In this document: piece by piece, positions 57,852 through 64,000 of the stretch | How positions within the stretch are numbered: position 1 is the stretch's first letter | Layout of the letters: each line of letters starts with the position of its first letter | Assembly (NCBI GenBank): GCA_963833575.1 | Contig: CAWHXY010000007.1 | Coordinates: forward strand, 448,001-512,000 | DNA length: 64,000 bases | From: Candidatus Bathyarchaeota archaeon | GTDB taxonomy: Archaea > Thermoproteota > Bathyarchaeia > Bathyarchaeales > Bathycorpusculaceae | Direction: 5' to 3' | The notes under the pieces: model-generated | Told to the model about the DNA's origin: nothing | The model's input: the letters and a program-made list of their open reading frames with translations, nothing else | Database searches by the model: none | Position numbers and translations under genes: made by a program

Positions 57852-59624
57852 CTGGAAAACGAATTTGAAAAACATGCAAGTTTTCTTTCGATTTTATCTA
57901 TCCTTCTTGCTACTCTAGGGGTTATTGTAGATGTATTTTTCTTAAGAAATGTTGAAAATGGGGCTCCAGTAATTCTTCTTTTTGCGGGTTCACTTACTCT
58001 TGCAGCAGGTAACGTTTTAGCTTTTCTAACGGTCACTTATCACAAAGCGCCTTTCTTCTTTGTCCTCTTTGTTACCACATTCTTTTTAGTTACGATATAC
58101 GACCTTAGATTCAGTGTCTTGCAGGGTACTGACATTAATTTTGAGTATGTATCGGCTAAGGTTACATTGGAAAATGGTTTTTGGTCCCTTTCAAGATCAG
58201 CGGTTGGGGAACAGTATTTTACTGCTGCTTCTGTTTCTTTGTTTCCCGCTATAGTTTCCAAGATAACTGGCATAGATTTGATGCCTATTTTTCAATGGAT
58301 TTTACGTGCGGTTTTGGCTATTCTTCCCTTTGCTATCTTTCAGACAGTTCAAGAAGTTTTTGATGACGTTAAGCTTTCTGCTCTCTCAGCTTTGATTTTC
58401 GCTCAATTTTACTTTACTTTTAACGATCTTAATTGGCTGATTCGTCAAGGGGTAGCTGAATTATTCCTTGTCCTGACAATTTATTCGCTGGTGAAAGTGT
58501 ACAAGGCTAAAAATCAACTAGCTTATTCAATCTTGACTGTTTTTTCTGTGCTAGGTTTGGTGGTTAGCCATTACACGATAGATTACTTTAGCATTATCAT
58601 ATTTGTAGGCATTTTCGTTTTGTGTGGTCTAATTAGTTATTTGCCTAAAAAGCTGTTGTCTTTTCTTAAATTTTCAAGTATTAGCGCGGAAAAGCAAGTT
58701 ATTGACAAGGTTTTTTTGATTTTTCTTATTTGTGTAAGTTTGTTTTGGATTTATTTTACGGATTTAATACCTTTTCTTACTGTGATTCATAATCAAATTT
58801 ATAATATTCGTAATTTAATTATCACTACTCCTGGTCAAGTTGCTTCGACTACACCTACGCCTTCTTGGTTTTTGAATAATCCTGCTGGACCAGTAGTAGG
58901 TTTTTGGCTTGACTTTACTCTTGTTTTAATTCCTTTGGGTTTTTTGTTTTTGTTTTTTAAATCTACCAAGCGACCGGTGCAAATGCCTTGGATATGGGGC
59001 GGATTGATTAGTGTTGTTATGGTGGGGGTGTGGGTTTTGGCTGGAACAGCTGTTCTTGCGGTTTTTGTTGATAGAGTGATTCTTTTTGGCTTTCCTTTCT
59101 TTTGTTCTTTTATAGCAGTGAGTATGTTGCTTTTTAATAAAAAATTACTTCTAAATAAAAAACGTGCGGTGCGTATTTTTGCGGTTGTCTTTCTGATTAT
59201 GTTTTTGATGATTAATCTTCCTCTGAATATGATTATTCCTGACTATACACGATACGTTTTGTATCAGCCGAGAGACAGTGTTAACCCAGCTGTTGCCATA
59301 AAGCAAGGAATTATTGGAGTAAACGAATATACGGCGTCCATTTGGCTAGATCAACATGGTTCTGAAAATGTAACCTATTGGACAGATTGGAGCAACGATT
59401 GGTTTTATGCAGCTTGGGATATAACAATTAGTGGGAATGAAAAAGGACCAATTAATAGTACAGACACCTATTTCCTGCTTAATCATTATAATTTACAATT
59501 TGGTATGTGGAGAGTAGTTTCAGGTTCGACCCTATATTTTCCAATTAACGACTTGCTAGGAAATAGTAGTGTCTTTTATAACAACGGAGATTCAGCGTTT
59601 ATAGCTAAATTAGGTAGCGGCTAG
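57852..59624 (+). CDS. Multi-pass membrane protein (DUF2206-like / GT-C or polymerase-like)
   Basis: GTDINFEY, RQGVAELF, LVVSHYT, YNNG motifs and many TM helices. Frame is open 89 codons upstream of the ORF-track start (58119) back to CTG 57852. Confidence 0.8.
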   Translation: MENEFEKHASFLSILSILLATLGVIVDVFFLRNVENGAPVILLFAGSLTLAAGNVLAFLTVTYHKAPFFFVLFVTTFFLVTIYDLRFSVLQGTDINFEYVSAKVTLENGFWSLSRSAVGEQYFTAASVSLFPAIVSKITGIDLMPIFQWILRAVLAILPFAIFQTVQEVFDDVKLSALSALIFAQFYFTFNDLNWLIRQGVAELFLVLTIYSLVKVYKAKNQLAYSILTVFSVLGLVVSHYTIDYFSIIIFVGIFVLCGLISYLPKKLLSFLKFSSISAEKQVIDKVFLIFLICVSLFWIYFTDLIPFLTVIHNQIYNIRNLIITTPGQVASTTPTPSWFLNNPAGPVVGFWLDFTLVLIPLGFLFLFFKSTKRPVQMPWIWGGLISVVMVGVWVLAGTAVLAVFVDRVILFGFPFFCSFIAVSMLLFNKKLLLNKKRAVRIFAVVFLIMFLMINLPLNMIIPDYTRYVLYQPRDSVNPAVAIKQGIIGVNEYTASIWLDQHGSENVTYWTDWSNDWFYAAWDITISGNEKGPINSTDTYFLLNHYNLQFGMWRVVSGSTLYFPINDLLGNSSVFYNNGDSAFIAKLGSG

Positions 59625-59636
59625 GAGGCGAGCGGG

Positions 59637-59843
59637 TTGCTTAATCTATCCCTGATTATCGGATGCCTATTCTTAATATTCCTAACCTGCTTTTTTATAA
59701 ATACTTTATCACGATCTACCTCAGTCCTAAAAAGACTCATTAGTACAGAAATAACCCAATTTCTCACTGCATTATTAGGTTTAATTTTTGTTGGATTTGT
59801 TATGTATGCGATGGTAGTCAAGTTTTTTATTTTAGGTTTCTAA
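59637..59843 (+). CDS. Small 2-TM membrane protein
   Basis: AGGAGG RBS, two hydrophobic helices, operon position. Confidence 0.65.
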   Translation: MLNLSLIIGCLFLIFLTCFFINTLSRSTSVLKRLISTEITQFLTALLGLIFVGFVMYAMVVKFFILGF

Positions 59844-59864
59844 TATAAATGCAAAAACTCTAAT

Positions 59865-61022
59865 GTGTGGTCTAAAATGCGAATTGCCATGATTCTTGAC
59901 AAACCACTTTTCTTTGGAGGAGGTGAGAATCACGCATATGAAATTTCTAAACAATTAGTAAAGTTGGGACATGAAATTGATTTCATTCAACTGTTTGGCT
60001 ATCCAATGAAACGCTCTCTTCGCAAAAATGAAGAACTAAAGCCTTTACCATGGATTCAAGCTCCAAAATCTGAATATTTAAGTGCAGTTTATTTTCGACT
60101 GATATGGTTATACGGCTATTGCGTTATACCCTTTGTTTACAGAGAGATTCGCAAAGGCCAATACGACATTTTACATATTCATGGCTTTGGCAGTTCTTGC
60201 AGTTTAATCGCAGCGTATTTAGCCAAATCAAATTCAAGCAAAATAATATGCACATTGCATAATGATACAGGACGCCATATTGATCGTAAAATAATCAAGC
60301 GACTTTCATCATCGGTAAACGCCTTTATCGCAGTCAGTAAATCGATGCAGATTAAGTGGATGGATGCTTACGGTCAAGAACCTTATTTAATACACAACGG
60401 TGTTGATGTTAATCGTTTTAGTCCAACTGTGGATGGCTCTAAGATCAGGCTCGGGTTAGGACTAAGAAACAAATTTGTTATACTTAATATTTCACGATTG
60501 GCGAATCAAAAAGGTTTAGAATACCTTATTGCGGCCGCAACGCAACTTAAAGAAAAAAATCTCGATTTTACTATCTTAATTTGTGGAACTGGTGAAAAAG
60601 AAGACTATTTGAAAAAGTTAACGAAAGAGCTTCACTTGGAGGATTGTGTGCGATTTTTGGGTTATGTATCTTCTTTAGACGTCCCTGAGTTTTATGCTGC
60701 TTGTGATTTGTTTATTATTCCCTCCGTTTTTGAGGTTTTCAGTTTAACACTCCTCGAAGCCCTTAGTTCAGGGAAACAAGTTATAAGCACCATTGGTGGC
60801 ACACCCAAAGAAGCGATCCCAGAATTAGAAAATGTTTGCGATGTTAAAATAATTGAGTCACGAGATTCCATTGAAATCGCGAATGCAATACTAGAGTGTT
60901 ATAACAATAGAAAAGTAGACAATTCGAACAAAAAAGCTATTATCCGACATGAATATGTAATGAAGAACTATTCTTGGCAAAATATTGCTAAAGAAACTGA
61001 AGAAGTTTATTTATCTAGTTAA
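59865..61022 (+). CDS. Family 4 glycosyltransferase
   Basis: GGGENH, IHNGVD, SRL..QKG, PS.FE.F.L.LLEALSSG. Confidence 0.95.
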   Translation: MWSKMRIAMILDKPLFFGGGENHAYEISKQLVKLGHEIDFIQLFGYPMKRSLRKNEELKPLPWIQAPKSEYLSAVYFRLIWLYGYCVIPFVYREIRKGQYDILHIHGFGSSCSLIAAYLAKSNSSKIICTLHNDTGRHIDRKIIKRLSSSVNAFIAVSKSMQIKWMDAYGQEPYLIHNGVDVNRFSPTVDGSKIRLGLGLRNKFVILNISRLANQKGLEYLIAAATQLKEKNLDFTILICGTGEKEDYLKKLTKELHLEDCVRFLGYVSSLDVPEFYAACDLFIIPSVFEVFSLTLLEALSSGKQVISTIGGTPKEAIPELENVCDVKIIESRDSIEIANAILECYNNRKVDNSNKKAIIRHEYVMKNYSWQNIAKETEEVYLSS

Positions 61023-61587
61023 ATTCATAGAAAATATAACATTGAGAATTCTTGTATTTCTTAATCACGACCTAGGATTATGCGGGATACTTTGCCCTGC
61101 CGACTCGAGCGCGCGCGTTGAAGAAAGGTATTCAAACTTTAAGGCTCGCTCTCCTGTTGAGTATATTTAATGCAATCCTCTTTATTGTGATTGATATGAG
61201 CAGAATCAAGAGTGAGTTCAAAAGGCTCATCTTGGAAATATCGTTATATAAGAGTTAAGGCAAAGTCATAATTGCAAAATATCTACTATTAAAACTGGAG
61301 TTAATAGCCAGTTTACCCCTAAATCAGAGAGTAGCTTAGCCCTTAATTTTCTGTTAAAGGGCATTTCTTCAATGTTTGGGATTCCTTTCGTTCTCCTGCC
61401 CTAATAACATTGAGTAGGGTGCTATGTCTGACAAATCTGCTGGCACGTAGTTTTCAGGCTTCCTAGCCTTAAGGAAAACTTCTGGGATGTGCAAGATCTT
61501 TTTCGAGAGTTAAAACCTCAAAATCTTTGAACATCATCGATATATCCTAAATCTCGTATTTCCAAGTTAAGAATAGAGGATGAAGAA

Positions 61588-62199
61588 TTGAAGCTAAGAC
61601 AACATCCAAAAATATATGAATTCGGTGATAATCCGGGTGTAGTATTTTGTTTAAAGCCAGCTTGCAAAGTTGAGGTTGGGAAAGGTTCTTATTCCTCAAG
61701 ATTAATCCCGATTACCATTTTCTCTTCAGAGGAACAAAAACTTACCATAGGAAAATATGTCTCAATATCGGGTGGCGTTAAAATAATAATGGCGGGTGGG
61801 CACAACCCTAGTCTTTTATCAACTTATCCTTTCAAGGAATTAATGAGTAAAGAAGAGATTGCAACACAAAAATATGGATATATAACAATAGGTAACGATG
61901 TTTGGATAGGTCAAGATGTCGCTTTAATCGGAGGTTGCACTATAGGCGATGGTGTTGTTGTTGGCGCTGAAAGTTTAGTTACCTCAAAGCAGCATCTTGA
62001 AGATTACGGCGTTTATGGTGGCAATCCGGCAAAGCTGTTAAGATACAGATTTTCAGAACAAATAATAAAAGAACTTGTTGAGTTGAAATGGTGGAACTTA
62101 AGCGAAAAAATCATTAAGGAAAACATGGAACTTTTCTATTTAAAGAACATTCAGGAAGCTATAACTAAATTAAAAACGATTAAACATCTCGAATTATGA
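61588..62199 (+). CDS. CatB/Vat-related hexapeptide-repeat O-acetyltransferase
   Basis: LTIGKYVSI, H...LSTYPF, IGNDVWIG, GGNPAK..RYRF, WWN. Confidence 0.93.
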   Translation: MKLRQHPKIYEFGDNPGVVFCLKPACKVEVGKGSYSSRLIPITIFSSEEQKLTIGKYVSISGGVKIIMAGGHNPSLLSTYPFKELMSKEEIATQKYGYITIGNDVWIGQDVALIGGCTIGDGVVVGAESLVTSKQHLEDYGVYGGNPAKLLRYRFSEQIIKELVELKWWNLSEKIIKENMELFYLKNIQEAITKLKTIKHLEL

Positions 62200-62334
62200 A
62201 TCATTTTTTTCTTAGCGCGCCGCGCGAAAAAGTCTATTAAATCTTTAGGCTTCAAATTAATTTTAGCTTTACCTCTTGTCTTATTCCATGCTTTTAAGAA
62301 TGATTGATGCCTAATTACGAACGGCTTATCGTCT

Positions 62335-63432
62335 TTAGAATTGCACGTGGTATTTCTCAATCGAAATTAATCTATTTTCATAGTTCTGATACACTTGCAT
62401 ATAATATTTTTTGGCAAACGAATCTGGCAAAAAACATAGTCCGATTGGTAATTTGAGCCTGATGAACTTATTGTATAAAATCTGAGGAGATATTTTTGCT
62501 TTTTCCCAATGTTTAAGCCGATTCACCCAAATATACTTAAAATTTCTAAAACTCCAAGTTAAGGCATGAAATCGCCCTGAAAAGACAGCGCGATTTCTTT
62601 TCGAGGCATAGTTGATCAGATCGTAAAAAGTTGAAAAAGCATGGACTAGCAGAGCTTTAGCCAAATCGTTTAAGTAATAATTAACATCGAACAAAATCAG
62701 TATTTTTGATCTTTCGCCATGAAACTCTTTAAAGCAGAGGTTGTCTCCAGTGGCGGCTTCGCCTATATGAAAAATCTTCGATTTTGAAACAGTTACAACT
62801 CGTTTACCTGCGAGCCAAGTTTTAATTGAAAGAAGATTATCATCATAGTAAAAAGTAATCTCGGGATTAAATAGACCCGATTGATTGACTATTTCCCTTC
62901 TACCAATCATTGCAGCTCCGCTGGTATAAGAGACCTCAAAAATAGGTGGTAATGACGTCGTGTTTTGGTAATCTTTGAAGAGCGAACGTTTAAAATAATA
63001 ATAATCGCTCAAAAGAAAACCTGCTGTTTGAATTACTTGACCATCGATTGAAAACACAAGACCTTGAGCTAAACCTATTGATTCATCATCTTCTAATGTT
63101 TGAACGAGATGAGTTAGCCATTCAGGATCTACTATTGTATCGCTGTTAAGAAAAACGATGTACTTGCCGATAGAATGTTTAAAGCCAACATTATTTCCTC
63201 CGCTAAAGCCTAAATTACTCTTGTTCCTAACGATTCTAAGTCGTTGGTTGTCTCCGAATAAACTCTCAATCATATTTAGACTGTTGTCCATTGATGCATT
63301 ATCAACTAGGATAATCTCAAAAATAGGGTATCTTGTTTGTAAAACTGAAAAAATGCACTTGCTTAGATAATCTTTCCCATTAAAATTCAAGATTATAATC
63401 GACACAAGGGGCAGTTTAGACTGAATTGACAA
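62335..63432 (-). CDS. Family 2 glycosyltransferase
   Basis: VSIIILNFNG, VDNAS.D, NLGFSGGNN.G, FLNSDT, SGAAM. Confidence 0.95.
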   Translation of the reverse strand: MSIQSKLPLVSIIILNFNGKDYLSKCIFSVLQTRYPIFEIILVDNASMDNSLNMIESLFGDNQRLRIVRNKSNLGFSGGNNVGFKHSIGKYIVFLNSDTIVDPEWLTHLVQTLEDDESIGLAQGLVFSIDGQVIQTAGFLLSDYYYFKRSLFKDYQNTTSLPPIFEVSYTSGAAMIGRREIVNQSGLFNPEITFYYDDNLLSIKTWLAGKRVVTVSKSKIFHIGEAATGDNLCFKEFHGERSKILILFDVNYYLNDLAKALLVHAFSTFYDLINYASKRNRAVFSGRFHALTWSFRNFKYIWVNRLKHWEKAKISPQILYNKFIRLKLPIGLCFLPDSFAKKYYMQVYQNYENRLISIEKYHVQF

Positions 63433-63686
63433 GATTTTGCTTCCTATCCAAGTTTATGCTCTCCCTTTTTCGTATTAGTACGCTCTAACCAACTTTCAAG
63501 TGCTTTTTCAATCAGCAAGCTTCATCGAGAGTTAAAAGAACTTTCTCAAATTCTTAAAGATATCTTCGCTTGCGGGGTATCTAACTATTATTTTGTAGAC
63601 CAAAAGCCATGAATAAAACCAAAAAGACCTGAAATATGTATCTCCGTTACAAAATAACAAGTGCCTCCTATAAGGTATGTTCGGCT

Positions 63687-64000
63687 CTAACTATTGAAGT
63701 TAACAGTAATGCTTTTGTCTGCGTCCATTTTGAAGGTGAATGGGTTTGTTGTTGCGACTGTTCCATTTGAGAAGGTGTAGTTTCCAAATGAACCTGTTGT
63801 CGCTGTTGCAGTTAGTTTTATATTTGAATTTGTTGGAAACTGCCATAAATTGCCACTTATTGAAGATAAACCTTGATTGCACCAAGAGTTGCTTTCTGAA
63901 ATAGAGCCGCTGCCTGTTCCTTCCAAAGTAATATTTAGGGTCTGCCATCCGCTTAATCCAGTGTTGCCTTGTAAGGTCATATTTTGAACTTGGGTAATTG
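63687..64000 (-). CDS. 3' end of a surface protein with a divergent InlB B-repeat-like domain (starts beyond the window)
   Basis: TLNITLEGTGSGS...IKLTATA..G.F...NP.TF.MDADKSITVNF. Confidence 0.65.
   Translation of the reverse strand, partial: ITQVQNMTLQGNTGLSGWQTLNITLEGTGSGSISESNSWCNQGLSSISGNLWQFPTNSNIKLTATATTGSFGNYTFSNGTVATTNPFTFKMDADKSITVNFNS

Noticed and set aside
61588-62199. Antibiotic-resistance gene (vat/catB)
   Set aside because: Family-level similarity only. The glycan-cluster context favours a sugar O-acetyltransferase. The same reasoning applies to the APH-like kinase.

Overview
Archaeal chromosome segment. A Bathyarchaeia-like lineage is inferred from the archaeal EF-1alpha N-terminus, archaeal-type SRP RNA, PEF-CTERM sorting signals, TrmB/Lrp regulators and the expanded PQQ-like beta-propeller surface-protein family. 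It has three zones. (1) 1-15.7 kb is a mixed core/accessory region: 5' end of EF-1alpha, SRP RNA, an RPA-like OB-fold gene flanked by two CxxC-x17-CxxC domains, glycosyltransferases, small redox enzymes and a frameshifted beta-propeller gene fragment. (2) 16-39.6 kb is an array of four large paralogous membrane-anchored beta-propeller proteins. Three are paired head-to-head with a different sensor or regulator, and all four are followed at near-constant distance (about 62-65 bp) by a conserved 95-128 bp hairpin element with bulge-helix-bulge-like geometry. (3) 40.6-63.4 kb is a surface-glycan cluster with a DesII-like radical SAM enzyme between two DegT aminotransferases, a TRAM-less methylthiotransferase-like radical SAM, and a translationally coupled methyltransferase/kinase pair. 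A GCGCGC palindrome recurs in intergenic DNA, often just after stop codons, and sits exactly at the breakpoint of the truncated beta-propeller fragment. No integrase, transposase, CRISPR array, tRNA or rRNA was recognised. All family assignments come from reading motifs by eye; no searches were run.
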